A stretch of DNA of 31,876 bases from Angustibacter luteus (GTDB lineage: Bacteria; Actinomycetota; Actinomycetes; Actinomycetales; Angustibacteraceae). Location of the stretch: assembly GCF_039541115.1 (NCBI RefSeq), contig NZ_BAABFP010000005.1, positions 992,001-1,023,876 of the forward strand, in the 5' to 3' direction. This document shows positions 16,226 to 25,599 of this stretch, piece after piece. The notes beneath the pieces are model-generated. The model was not told where the DNA came from, made no database searches, and worked only from the letters and a program-made list of their open reading frames with translations. A program made the position numbers and the translations under genes. Every line of letters starts with the position of its first letter. Within the stretch, counting starts at the first letter, position 1.

Positions 16226-19200
16226 AGAAAACCCGCTCGACCACTGAGCGGGCTCGGCGGGCCGACCGCCGGTAGTCGTCGACCAGAGCGGCGCCGGAGC
16301 CGGCCGGGTAGCCCACGATCCGCGCCACGCCCTCCAGGTCGCGCAGGTCGCTGGGCAGGGCGTCCACCGGTCGACCTCGCCACAGCACGGCGGCGTTGCG
16401 GAGCCGGGAGGCCAGGGTCCAGGACTGGGCGAGCACCTCGGCGTCGTCGACCGCGACCAGCCCGTGCTCGTGAGCCACCCGCAGGGCCGTCATGGTGCCG
16501 GTGTGCCGCAAGCCGGTCACCTCGTGCGCGTGCTGCAGCTGCAGCAGCTGGACGGTCCACTCCACGTCGGCCATGCCGCCTCGGCCGAGCTTGAGGTGGG
16601 TGCCCGGGTCGCCGCCACGGGGCAGCCGCTCGGCCTCCACCCGGGCCTTGACCCGCCGGACCTCCCGGACGTCCGTGTCCTTGATGCCCTGCGCCGGCCA
16701 GCGCACGGGGTCGATGAGCGCTCGGAAGCGGTCGGCCAGCTCGGGGTCACCTGCCAGCGGGGTCGCCCGGAGCAGGGCCTGTGCCTCCCAGACCAGCGAC
16801 CACCGCTCGTAGTAGGCGGCGTAGGAGGCCAGGGACCGCACCAGGGGGCCCTGCTTGCCCTCGGGGCGCAGGTCGGCGTCCAGCTCGAGCGCGGGATCAG
16901 GTCCGGGGCCGCCGATCAGCCGGCGCAGCTCGTTGACGACGGCCAGCGCGGCCTCCTGCGCCGCAGCGTCGTCGGCGCCCTCCACCGGGTCGTGCACGTA
17001 GAGGACGTCGGCGTCGCTGCCGTAGCCGAGCTCGCGGCCGCCGAAGCGGCCCATGCCGACCACCAGGACGCGGGTGGGCAGCGGACCGCCTCGCTGCTCC
17101 TCCACGACGCGGACGGCGACGGTGAGCGCGCCCTCCAACAGGGCCGAGGCCACGCTGGTGAGCGAGCGCTCGACGTCGTCCAGGTCGAGCCGGCCCAGCA
17201 GGTCGGCCGTCGCGATCCGGATGAGCTCGCGGCGGCGCACCGCCCGGGCGCCCGCGACGGCCCGCACCGGGTCGTCGTGCCGCGCCACGACGCTGACCAT
17301 CTCGGTGCGCAGCGCCTGGGCGGTGCGCGGGTCCAGGCCGGTGTCGTGGCCGAGCACCTGCACGGTGTCCGGTGCGCGCTCCAGCAGCTCGGCGACGAAC
17401 CGGCCGCGGGCCAGGACGTGGGCGAGGCGCTCGGCGGCGGATCCCTCGTCGCGCAGCATCTTGAGGTACCAGTGCGTCGTGCCCAGCTCGTCGCTGACCC
17501 GGCGAAAGGCGAGCAGTCCGGCGTCCGGGTCCGCCTCGTCCGCGAACCAGCCCAGCATGACGGGCAGCAGCTGACGTTGGATCGCCGAGCGGCGGCTGAC
17601 GCCGTCGGTGAGCGCGGCCAGGTTGCGCATCGCGCTGGAGGGGTCTCGGTAGCCGAGCGCCTGCAGGCGGGACTGCGCCGCGTCCGGGGTCATCCGCACC
17701 TCGTCCGGGGACAGCCGGGAGGCAGCGACCAGCAGCGGACGGTAGAACAGCCGCTCGTGCAGCCGGCGCACCTCGCGGGCCTGCAGCTGCCACTGGGCCA
17801 CCACGGACCGCGCGGGGTCGGCGCGGTGACCCAGCTCGCGGCCGAGCCGGCGCAGGTCGACGTCCGACGTCGGCATGAGGTGGGTGCGGCGCAGCCGGAA
17901 GAGCTGGACTCGGTGCTCGAGGGTGCGCAGCAGGCGGTATGCCGCAGCCAGCGCCTGCGCGTCGTCGCGCCCGACGTAGCCGCCGTCCGCCAGCGCCTGC
18001 AGGGCGGCCAGCGTGCTGGGGCTTCGGACGGTGTCGTCCACCCGGCCGTGCACGAGCTGCAGCAGTTGGACGCTGAACTCCACGTCGCGCAGGCCACCGC
18101 GGCCGAGCTTGAGCTGGCGGGAGGCCTCGTCGGCGGGTACGTGCTCCTCGACCCGCCGGCGCATCGCCTGGACCTCCTCGACGAAGTTCGCCCGGGCCGC
18201 GGCGGTCCACACCAGGGGTCCGATGGCCGCCGCGTACGCGTCGCCGAGGGCACGGTCCCCGGCGACGGGACGGGCCTTCAGCAGGGCCTGGAACTCCCAC
18301 GTCTTGGCCCAGCGCTCGTAGTAGGCGAGGTGGCTGGCCAGCGTCCTGACGAGCGGGCCGTCCCGACCTTCGGGGCGCAGGTTGGCGTCGACCGGCCACA
18401 GGGTCCCCTCGGCGGTCGAGGCCGAGCAGGCGCGCATCACCCCGGCGGCGAGCTGGTGCGCCGTCACCAGGGCGGCCCGTTCCGCCTGGGCCCGGCTGGC
18501 GTCGTCCCCGGGGGTGTCGTCCCGGGCGGGCTCGAGCGGCTCGGCCACGAAGATCACGTCGACGTCGCTGACGTAGTTCAGCTCGCGACCCCCGCACTTG
18601 CCCATACCGATGATCGTGAGCCGGCAGGGCACGGCGTCCGGGTCGAGCTCGGCCCGGGCGATGGCCAGGGCCGCCTCGAGGGCGGCCGAGGCCAGGTCCG
18701 CGAGCTCGCGGGCCACGTCGGCGAGCTCGTGCATGGGGTTGCGGGCGGCCAGGTCCCGGCCGGCCACGGCCAGCAGCCGGCGCCGGTAGGCGATCCGCAG
18801 GCGGTCGTAGGCAGGTCGGCCGCCCTCCGCCGCTACCGGTTCGGGCGAGGTCGGGTCGGCGCCGACGGCCAGCAGCAGGGCCGACCGCAGTTCCTCCTCG
18901 GCCGCCGGCTGGTCGGCGGTCAGGGCCGGCCAGTGCGAGGGGTGCCGGGCCAGGTGGTCACCGAGGGCGGCCGACGAGCCGAGGACGGCGATGAGGCGGT
19001 CGCGCACCGGGCCGCCGACCCGAACGGCCTGCAGGAGGTGCCCGACGTCGGCCGCGAAGACGTCCGGGTCGTCCGGGTCCCGGGCGCCGAGCGCGCGCAT
19101 CGACTCCATGAGGCGCAGCAGCCCCAGCAGGGCGAGGTCGGGGTCTGCGGCGCCGGCCAGGTCAACGAGCAGCCCGTCCTCGAAGAGGTCGTCCAACGGG

Positions 19201-19310
19201 TCGAACAACCCGGCCAGGGCCGGATCGGCCATCAACCGCTCGGCCCGCGCCGGATCGGCGAAGCCGAGCCGGGCGAGCTGGCCGGCCAAGCTCGTCGATC
19301 GGGTGTTCAC
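16218..19310 (-). CDS. glnE: glutamine synthetase adenylyltransferase/deadenylase
   Basis: Two nucleotidyltransferase domains: MGKCGGRELNYVSDVD and MGRFGGRELGYGSDAD; DANLRPEG/DADLRPEG; LKLGRGG twice. Confidence 0.97.
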   Translation of the reverse strand: MNTRSTSLAGQLARLGFADPARAERLMADPALAGLFDPLDDLFEDGLLVDLAGAADPDLALLGLLRLMESMRALGARDPDDPDVFAADVGHLLQAVRVGGPVRDRLIAVLGSSAALGDHLARHPSHWPALTADQPAAEEELRSALLLAVGADPTSPEPVAAEGGRPAYDRLRIAYRRRLLAVAGRDLAARNPMHELADVARELADLASAALEAALAIARAELDPDAVPCRLTIIGMGKCGGRELNYVSDVDVIFVAEPLEPARDDTPGDDASRAQAERAALVTAHQLAAGVMRACSASTAEGTLWPVDANLRPEGRDGPLVRTLASHLAYYERWAKTWEFQALLKARPVAGDRALGDAYAAAIGPLVWTAAARANFVEEVQAMRRRVEEHVPADEASRQLKLGRGGLRDVEFSVQLLQLVHGRVDDTVRSPSTLAALQALADGGYVGRDDAQALAAAYRLLRTLEHRVQLFRLRRTHLMPTSDVDLRRLGRELGHRADPARSVVAQWQLQAREVRRLHERLFYRPLLVAASRLSPDEVRMTPDAAQSRLQALGYRDPSSAMRNLAALTDGVSRRSAIQRQLLPVMLGWFADEADPDAGLLAFRRVSDELGTTHWYLKMLRDEGSAAERLAHVLARGRFVAELLERAPDTVQVLGHDTGLDPRTAQALRTEMVSVVARHDDPVRAVAGARAVRRRELIRIATADLLGRLDLDDVERSLTSVASALLEGALTVAVRVVEEQRGGPLPTRVLVVGMGRFGGRELGYGSDADVLYVHDPVEGADDAAAQEAALAVVNELRRLIGGPGPDPALELDADLRPEGKQGPLVRSLASYAAYYERWSLVWEAQALLRATPLAGDPELADRFRALIDPVRWPAQGIKDTDVREVRRVKARVEAERLPRGGDPGTHLKLGRGGMADVEWTVQLLQLQHAHEVTGLRHTGTMTALRVAHEHGLVAVDDAEVLAQSWTLASRLRNAAVLWRGRPVDALPSDLRDLEGVARIVGYPAGSGAALVDDYRRSARRARSVVERVFYD

Positions 19311-19388
19311 GGCGTCACGCTAACCGAGTCCGACGTCGCGTGGTCGGCGGTCTTGTTGCCGCCAGGAGCGCATGCCACACTGCAGCGC

Positions 19389-20225
19389 GTGGCAGCCCCG
19401 CGCGACCCTCGCAGCGCCCCGCGGAACGCGCTGCGCACGCTGGCCCGAAAAGTCTCTCCCCGAGTGGCGGGAGTCTGGGCCTCGTACGAACGTGACCTCG
19501 CGCGGGCCCGCACCACGCTGGCCCGGACGGCTCCGCAGCCCGACGTCGACCTCTGCGAGCTGGCCACCAAGTACGGCACGGACAAGTGGGGCATCCACCG
19601 CTACGCGCAGCACTACCAGCGGCACCTCGAGCACCTGCGTGACCGGCCGATCCGACTCCTGGAGATCGGCGTCGGCGGGTACTCGAACGCCCGGCGGGGC
19701 GGGGCATCCCTGAGGATGTGGCGCGACTTCTTCCCGCAGGGGCAGGTCGTCGGCATGGACATCCACGACAAGTCCGGGCTGTCGGCGCCCCGGATCGCGG
19801 TCGTGCAGGCTGACCAGTCCGACCCGACGTCACTGCGCCGGGTGCACGAGGACTTCGGTCCGTTCGACGTCATCATCGACGACGGCAGCCACGTCCCCGC
19901 GCACGTGCGCACCACCTTCGAGACGCTCTACCCGCTGCTGGCGGAGAACGGCGTCTACGCCATCGAGGACCTGCAGACGTCCTACTGGGAGTCCTGGGGA
20001 GGCGCCACCGACCCGGCCGATCCGACCACGTCGATGGCCCTGGTCAAGGCACTGCTGGACGGCCTGAACTACGAGGAGCAGGTGGACGCCGGGGAACCCA
20101 CGTACAGCGACGTCCACGTGGTTGCGGTGCACGGCTACCACAACCTCGTGGTCATCGAGAAGGGCATCAACCGCGAGGGCACCCACAAGGAGAGCCTGCT
20201 CGCGAACCACAAGCCCACGAGCTGA
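19389..20225 (+). CDS. MycE/TylE/ElmMI-like sugar O-methyltransferase
   Basis: LATKYGTDKW, LLEIGVGGY, GGASLRMWRDFF, DQSD, DVIIDDGSH, YAIEDLQTSYW. Start inferred at GTG 19389; only the 3' part of the 16464..20225 ORF looks coding. Confidence 0.82.
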   Translation: MAAPRDPRSAPRNALRTLARKVSPRVAGVWASYERDLARARTTLARTAPQPDVDLCELATKYGTDKWGIHRYAQHYQRHLEHLRDRPIRLLEIGVGGYSNARRGGASLRMWRDFFPQGQVVGMDIHDKSGLSAPRIAVVQADQSDPTSLRRVHEDFGPFDVIIDDGSHVPAHVRTTFETLYPLLAENGVYAIEDLQTSYWESWGGATDPADPTTSMALVKALLDGLNYEEQVDAGEPTYSDVHVVAVHGYHNLVVIEKGINREGTHKESLLANHKPTS

Positions 20226-20255
20226 CGAGCGCGCTCCCGGACCCGGGCGGCCCCG

Positions 20256-21593
20256 TCACAGCATCGGCAGGTAGCGGGCCAGCTCGAACTGCGAGATCTG
20301 GGAGCGGTAGTCCTGCCACTCCGCACGCTTGTTGCGCAGGAAGAAGTCGAAGACGTGCTCGCCGAGGGTCTCGGCCACGAGCTCGCTCTCCTCCATCGCG
20401 TGGATCGCCTCGGACAGGCTGGTCGGCAGCTGCCGGATGCCCAGGGCCTTGCGCTCAGACTCGGACAACGACCAGACGTCGTCCTCCGCCTCGTCCGGCA
20501 GCTCGTAGCCCTCCTCGATCCCCTTGAGGCCGGCGGTCAGCAAGACGGCGAAGGCGAGGTACGGGTTGCACGCCGAGTCGACCGACCGCATCTCGACCCG
20601 CGTCGACTGGCCCTTGGCCGGCTTGTACATCGGCACCCGCACCAGCGCGGAGCGGTTGTTGTGGCCCCAGCAGACGTAGCTCGGCGCCTCGCCACCACCC
20701 ATCAGCCGCTTGTACGAGTTCACCCACTGGTTGGTGACCGCCGTGATCTCGGCCGCGTGCCGCAGCAGCCCGGCGATGAACTGCCGCCCCACCTTGCTGA
20801 GCTGGTACGGCGCGCCCGCCTCGTGGAACGCGTTGCCGTCGCCCGCGAACAGCGAGAGGTGGGTGTGCATGCCCGAGCCAGGGTGCTCGGCGAACGGCTT
20901 GGGCATGAAGCTGGCGAAGATGCCCTGCTCGAGCGCGACCTCCTTGATCACCGCGCGGAACGTCATGATGTTGTCCGCCGTGGTGAGCGCGTCGGCGTAC
21001 CGCAGGTCGATCTCGTTCTGCCCGGGCGCGCCCTCGTGGTGGCTGAACTCGACCGAGATGCCCATCGACTCCAGCAGGCCGATCGCCTGCCGGCGGAAGT
21101 CGTGCGCGGTGCCGTGCGGCACGTGGTCGAAGTAGCCCGCCTGGTCGACCGGGACCGGCGGCTGGCCCGGCGCGCTGCCCCGCTCGAACAGGAAGAACTC
21201 GATCTCGGGGTGGGTGTAGAACGTGTAGCCGAGGTCGGACGCCTTGGCCAGGGCGCGCTTGAGGACGTTGCGCGGATCGGCGAACGACGGCGTCTGGTCG
21301 GGCAGCTGGATGTCGCAGAACATCCTGGCGGTGCCGGGGTTCTCGCCGCGCCAGGGCAGCACCTGGAACGTGCTGGGGTCCGGCTTGACGAGCATGTCCG
21401 CCTCGTAGACCCGGGCGAACCCTTCGATGGCACTGCCGTCGAAGCCGATGCCCTCGGCGAAAGCGCCCTCGAGCTCGGCGGGGGCGACCGCCACCGACTT
21501 GAGCGTGCCGAGCACGTCGGTGAACCAGAGCCGCACGAAGCGGATGTCTCGTTCCTCGATGGTGCGGAGCACGAACTCCTGCTGCCTGTCCAT
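20256..21593 (-). CDS. glnA2: glutamine synthetase-like protein GlnA2
   Basis: MDRQQEFVLRTIEERDIRFVRLWFTD, FDGSAIEGF, HHEGAPGQNEI, FMPKP...GSGMH; near glnE; start at ATG 21593. Confidence 0.94.
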   Translation of the reverse strand: MDRQQEFVLRTIEERDIRFVRLWFTDVLGTLKSVAVAPAELEGAFAEGIGFDGSAIEGFARVYEADMLVKPDPSTFQVLPWRGENPGTARMFCDIQLPDQTPSFADPRNVLKRALAKASDLGYTFYTHPEIEFFLFERGSAPGQPPVPVDQAGYFDHVPHGTAHDFRRQAIGLLESMGISVEFSHHEGAPGQNEIDLRYADALTTADNIMTFRAVIKEVALEQGIFASFMPKPFAEHPGSGMHTHLSLFAGDGNAFHEAGAPYQLSKVGRQFIAGLLRHAAEITAVTNQWVNSYKRLMGGGEAPSYVCWGHNNRSALVRVPMYKPAKGQSTRVEMRSVDSACNPYLAFAVLLTAGLKGIEEGYELPDEAEDDVWSLSESERKALGIRQLPTSLSEAIHAMEESELVAETLGEHVFDFFLRNKRAEWQDYRSQISQFELARYLPML

Positions 21594-21600
21594 GCGCGTC

Positions 21601-21632
21601 ATCCTAGGTGCGCGACGTTTCGCTGGCGTGTG
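21601..21632 (-). promoter_or_regulatory. putative GlnR box plus leaderless promoter of glnA2
   Basis: Minus strand CACAC-n6-GAAAC, 10 nt, TAGGAT, 7 nt, ATG; same b-site-to--10 spacing as at glnA1. Confidence 0.55.
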
Positions 21633-21768
21633 CACCGGGCGGTGCGTCGCGACTCCCTGCTCGGCCTCGTGCGCCGGTGGGTGCGGCGACGTGGTGGTGG
21701 TCGCGGCCTCCTGGCCGCACCCCACTCCTGCACCCACCCGCAGGAACGCAGCGGCTACGGTCGCGGGC

Positions 21769-22551
21769 ATGGCGGAGTCCTTCTTCACACGCACCGGCGG
21801 CGACCGGTACGCCGCGACGCCGGCCACGGTCGGGCCGTGGTCCGCGCAGCACATGCACGGCGGGCCACCCTCGGCGCTGCTGGTCCACCGCAGCGAGCAG
21901 GCCGCCCGCGACGCGCAGGCGACCGGTTCGTGGCGCGCCGCTCGCACGGTCGTGGACTTCCTCGGGCCGGTGCCGGTCGGGGACGTCGAGGTGCGGGCAG
22001 CGGTCGTCCGCGGCGGTCGCACGGCCGTGCTGGTCGACGCCGAGCTCAGCGCCGGCGGCCGCCCGACCCTGCGCTCGCGCACCTGGCTCGTCCGGTTGCC
22101 CGACGGCGCACCGACCCCGACGACGGTGAGCACGCCCCCGACCACCTCCCCCGAGTCCGCTCCCCCGTTCACCCAGTGGGGCTTCCCGTACGCCGAGCAC
22201 CTGGACTGGCACCTCGCGTCGGGAGAGCTGGCCGGTCCGGGCGCCGCGGCCACCTGGGCCCGACCGCGCGTCCCGCTGGTGGACGACGAGCCGCTGACCG
22301 GCCTGCAGCGGGCGTGCCTGGTCGCGGACTCGGGCAACGGGATCAGCGCCGAGCTGTCCTGGGACGACTGGGCCTTCGTCAACATCGACCTCACCGTGCA
22401 CCTGCTCCGCGAGCCCGTCGACGACTGGCTGCTGCTCTCCGCCCGCTCCCAGCTCGACCCCGCCGGAGCCGGGCTGGCGACGTCCACCCTGCACGACCGG
22501 GCCGGGCTGGTCGGCAACGGAGCCCAGACCCTCGTCGTCCAACCGCGCTGA
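21769..22551 (+). CDS. double hot-dog thioesterase family protein
   Basis: TVGPWSAQHMHGGPPSALL, VADSGNGIS, FVNIDLTVHLLREP; start at ATG 21769. Confidence 0.9.
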   Translation: MAESFFTRTGGDRYAATPATVGPWSAQHMHGGPPSALLVHRSEQAARDAQATGSWRAARTVVDFLGPVPVGDVEVRAAVVRGGRTAVLVDAELSAGGRPTLRSRTWLVRLPDGAPTPTTVSTPPTTSPESAPPFTQWGFPYAEHLDWHLASGELAGPGAAATWARPRVPLVDDEPLTGLQRACLVADSGNGISAELSWDDWAFVNIDLTVHLLREPVDDWLLLSARSQLDPAGAGLATSTLHDRAGLVGNGAQTLVVQPR

Positions 22552-22570
22552 GCCCGCATAGGCTCGGGTC

Positions 22571-24433
22571 ATGCCGCAGCTGCGACTCGCTCTGGCCCAG
22601 GTCGACGCTGTCCTCGGCGACCTCGCCGGCAACGCCCAGATGGTGCGCGAGTGGACGGCCCGCGCCGCCGCCGACGGGGCCCAGCTGGTGGCGTTCCCCG
22701 AGATGGTGCTCACCGGGTACCCGGTGGAGGACCTGGCGCTGCGCCGCTCGTTCGTCGACGCGTCCCGCGACACCGTGCACCGGCTCGCCGCCGAGCTCGC
22801 CGAGGACGGCTTCGGCGACCTGCCGGTCGTCGTCGGCTACCTCGATCGTGCCCAGGGCCGGGACGCCGACACCGACGGGGACGGCGTCTCCGAGGACGGT
22901 CGGACCGGCGTCCCCAAGGGCATGCCGCAGAACTGCGTCGCCGTCCTGCACGGTGGCCGGGTGGTCGCCCGCTACGCCAAGCACCACCTACCCAACTACG
23001 GGGTGTTCGACGAGTTCCGCATCTTCGTGCCCGGGCACGACCTGACGGTCGTCCGGGTGGACGGGGTGGACGTCGCCCTCGCCATCTGCGAGGACCTGTG
23101 GCAGGACGGCGGTCCGGTGGCCAAGGCCCGTGAGGCGGGTGCCGAGCTGCTGCTGGTGCTCAACGGCTCGCCGTACGAGCGGGACAAGGACGACACGCGC
23201 CTCGCCCTCGCCTCGCGGCGGGCCTCCGAAGCGGGCTGCACGCTGGCGTACCTGAACCTGGTGGGCGGGCAGGACGAGCTGGTGTTCGACGGCGACTCGG
23301 TCGTCGTGACCGCGGACGGCGAGGTGCTCGCCCGGGCCCCGCAGTTCACCGAGGACCTGCTGGTCGTGGACCTCGAGCTGGACTCCCGCGAGGCGGAGCA
23401 GGACCCGGTCGCGGACGTCGTCCACGTCGTCCTGAGCGAGGCCGTGCCCGCGGAGGGGCTCGCCGACCCCCGGCCCGCGCCGTGCGCGCCCCGGCTGGAC
23501 CCGGTCGGCGAGGTCTGGTGCGCCCTGGTCACCGGGTTGTCGGGCTACGTCCGCAAGAACGGCTTCGCCTCGGTCGTCGTCGCCGTGTCCGGCGGCATCG
23601 ACTCCGCCGTGGTGGCGGCGCTGGCCGCGGACGCGCTCGGCGGGCGCCAGGTCGTCGGGGTCTCGATGCCCAGCGTCTACTCGAGCGACCACAGCCGGGA
23701 CGACGCCCGCGACCTGGCCGAGCGGATCGGCGCCGACTACCGCGTGCAGCCCATCGCGGGGGTCGTGGACGCCTTCCAGCACGAGCTGTCGCTGACCGGC
23801 GTCGCCGAGGAGAACCTGCAGGCCCGCGCCCGGGCCGTGATCCTGATGGCCGTCTCGAACAGCGAGGGGCACCTCGTGCTGGCCACCAGCAACAAGAGCG
23901 AGCTCTCGGTCGGCTACTCGACCCTGTACGGCGACAGCGTCGGTGGCTACGCCCCGCTGAAGGACGTCCCGAAGACATTGGTCTGGGAGCTGGCCCGGTG
24001 GCGCAACGCGGAGGCGGTCCGGCTCGGACAGGTGCCGCCGATCCCCGACTCGTCCATCACCAAACCGCCGTCGGCCGAGCTGCGCCCCGGCCAGACCGAC
24101 CAGGACTCGCTGCCGCCGTACGACCTGCTGGACGACCTGCTGGAGCACTACGTGGTCGGCGCCCAAGGGCGCTCCGAGCTCCTGGATGCCGGCTTCGACG
24201 CCGAGGTCGTCGACCAGGTGGTCACGCTGGTGGACCGGGCGGAGTGGAAGCGCCGCCAGTTCGCTCCGGGGCCCAAGATCTCGGCCGTCGCCTTCGGGCG
24301 CGACCGCCGCCTGCCAGTCACCAGCCGCTGGCGCGAGAGCGCGTCACCCGCCGCGCCCACCACGGGTGCGGACCAGTCGAGCCGCCTGTCCGCCGATCCG
24401 GCGACACCGGCCACCACGAAGGAGTCCTCGTGA
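22571..24433 (+). CDS. nadE: glutamine-dependent NAD+ synthetase
   Basis: Nitrilase-type domain ([24 protein letters not shown]) plus synthetase domain ([35 protein letters not shown]). Confidence 0.96.
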   Translation: MPQLRLALAQVDAVLGDLAGNAQMVREWTARAAADGAQLVAFPEMVLTGYPVEDLALRRSFVDASRDTVHRLAAELAEDGFGDLPVVVGYLDRAQGRDADTDGDGVSEDGRTGVPKGMPQNCVAVLHGGRVVARYAKHHLPNYGVFDEFRIFVPGHDLTVVRVDGVDVALAICEDLWQDGGPVAKAREAGAELLLVLNGSPYERDKDDTRLALASRRASEAGCTLAYLNLVGGQDELVFDGDSVVVTADGEVLARAPQFTEDLLVVDLELDSREAEQDPVADVVHVVLSEAVPAEGLADPRPAPCAPRLDPVGEVWCALVTGLSGYVRKNGFASVVVAVSGGIDSAVVAALAADALGGRQVVGVSMPSVYSSDHSRDDARDLAERIGADYRVQPIAGVVDAFQHELSLTGVAEENLQARARAVILMAVSNSEGHLVLATSNKSELSVGYSTLYGDSVGGYAPLKDVPKTLVWELARWRNAEAVRLGQVPPIPDSSITKPPSAELRPGQTDQDSLPPYDLLDDLLEHYVVGAQGRSELLDAGFDAEVVDQVVTLVDRAEWKRRQFAPGPKISAVAFGRDRRLPVTSRWRESASPAAPTTGADQSSRLSADPATPATTKESS

Positions 24434-25299
24434 GCGACACCACACCGGACGAGCAGCCCGCCCCCTACGGCGCCGGCCCCGCGTCGTCCGGGCCTGCCGT
24501 CCGTCGCGTCCGGGTGCACCACCTGCAGCAGATGAAGGAGCGCGGCGAGCGCTTCACGATGCTCACCGCCTACGACCAGATGGCCGCGGAGATCTTCGAC
24601 GAGGCCGGGATCGACGTCCTGCTGATCGGTGACTCCGCGGCGAACAACGTCCTCGGCTACGAGACCACCGTGCCGATCACGCTCGACGAGATGCTGCCCA
24701 TGGTGCGCGCGGTGGCCCGGTCGGCCCGACGTCCGCTGGTGGTCGCCGACCTGCCGTTCGGCTCGTACCAGTCGTCGCCGCAGCAGGCGCTCGCCTCCGC
24801 CACCCGGATGATGAAGGAGGGCCTGGCGCACGCCGTGAAGTTCGAGGGCGGGCGGCCGGTGGCGGCGCACGTCGAGGCCGTGGTGAACGCCGGCATCCCC
24901 GTGATGGGCCACCTGGGTTTCACCCCGCAGAGCGAGCACGCCCTCGGGGGCTACCGCGTGCAGGGGCGCGGCGACCAGGGTGACCAGATCGTCAAGGACG
25001 CCTGCGCGCTGCAGGACGCCGGCGCCTTCTCGGTCGTGCTGGAGATGGTCCCCGCCACCGTCGCAGCGCAGATCACCGAGGTCCTGCACATCCCGACGAT
25101 CGGCATCGGCGCCGGCCCGGACTGCGACGCCCAGGTGCTGGTCTGGCAGGACATGGCGGGCCTGCGCGGCGGCAAGATGGGCCGCTTCGTCAAGCAGTAC
25201 GCCGACCTGCGCGGCGAGCTGCTTCGCGCGGCCCAGGACTATGCCGGCGAGGTGCGCAGCGGTGCCTTTCCCACCGCCGCGCAGTCCTTCGAGGCCTGA
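24430..25299 (+). CDS. panB: 3-methyl-2-oxobutanoate hydroxymethyltransferase
   Basis: [45 protein letters not shown] overlaps the nadE stop. Confidence 0.96.
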   Translation: MSDTTPDEQPAPYGAGPASSGPAVRRVRVHHLQQMKERGERFTMLTAYDQMAAEIFDEAGIDVLLIGDSAANNVLGYETTVPITLDEMLPMVRAVARSARRPLVVADLPFGSYQSSPQQALASATRMMKEGLAHAVKFEGGRPVAAHVEAVVNAGIPVMGHLGFTPQSEHALGGYRVQGRGDQGDQIVKDACALQDAGAFSVVLEMVPATVAAQITEVLHIPTIGIGAGPDCDAQVLVWQDMAGLRGGKMGRFVKQYADLRGELLRAAQDYAGEVRSGAFPTAAQSFEA

Positions 25300-25352
25300 G
25301 CCACCACCCGGAAAGGGGTTGCGGCCGGCCGCCTCCACGGCAGGATGGGGGC

Positions 25353-25541
25353 ATGAGCGCATCATCGAAGGACGCCGACCACAATCCCGCCCCGGACGAC
25401 GTGCGCCGCAAGTTCAAGGAGGCGTTGGACAAGAAGCAGGGCAAGCACGACGAGCACCTGCTCGCCGGCCCGGACGACGGCGGTCACGCCCACACCGGCC
25501 CGGCCAAGGTTCAGCGCACCTTCCGTCGCAAGTCCGGCTGA
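25353..25541 (+). CDS. DUF5302 family small protein
   Basis: DDVRRKFKEALDKK ... RTFRRKSG C-terminus. Confidence 0.85.
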   Translation: MSASSKDADHNPAPDDVRRKFKEALDKKQGKHDEHLLAGPDDGGHAHTGPAKVQRTFRRKSG

Positions 25542-25549
25542 CCAGGCAG

Positions 25550-25593
25550 ATCGTGGCAACGTCGCATCACCAGTGAGGCGACGTTGCCACGAT
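25550..25593. repeat. REP-like palindrome, copy 3 (variant)
   Basis: ATCGTGGCAACGTCGC-atcaccagtgag-GCGACGTTGCCACGAT; shares CAGATCGTGGCAACG with copy 1; lies between convergent genes. Confidence 0.8.
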
Positions 25594-25599
25594 GCGCGC

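Noticed and set aside
16464..19388. 5' part of the 1253-aa plus-strand ORF
   Set aside because: Antisense shadow of glnE caused by high-GC codon bias; only the last 278 codons carry methyltransferase motifs.
20355..23045. 896-aa plus ORF and similar long overlapping ORFs (670..1935, 3689..5476, 5082..7412, 12200..14335, 16897..18597, 28487..30271)
   Set aside because: Antisense or off-frame shadows of well-supported genes, low-complexity R/G/P/A or V/L/D composition, no motifs.
25300..25330. GAAA-loop hairpin after panB as ncRNA or terminator
   Set aside because: Short imperfect stem with no U-tract; insufficient support.
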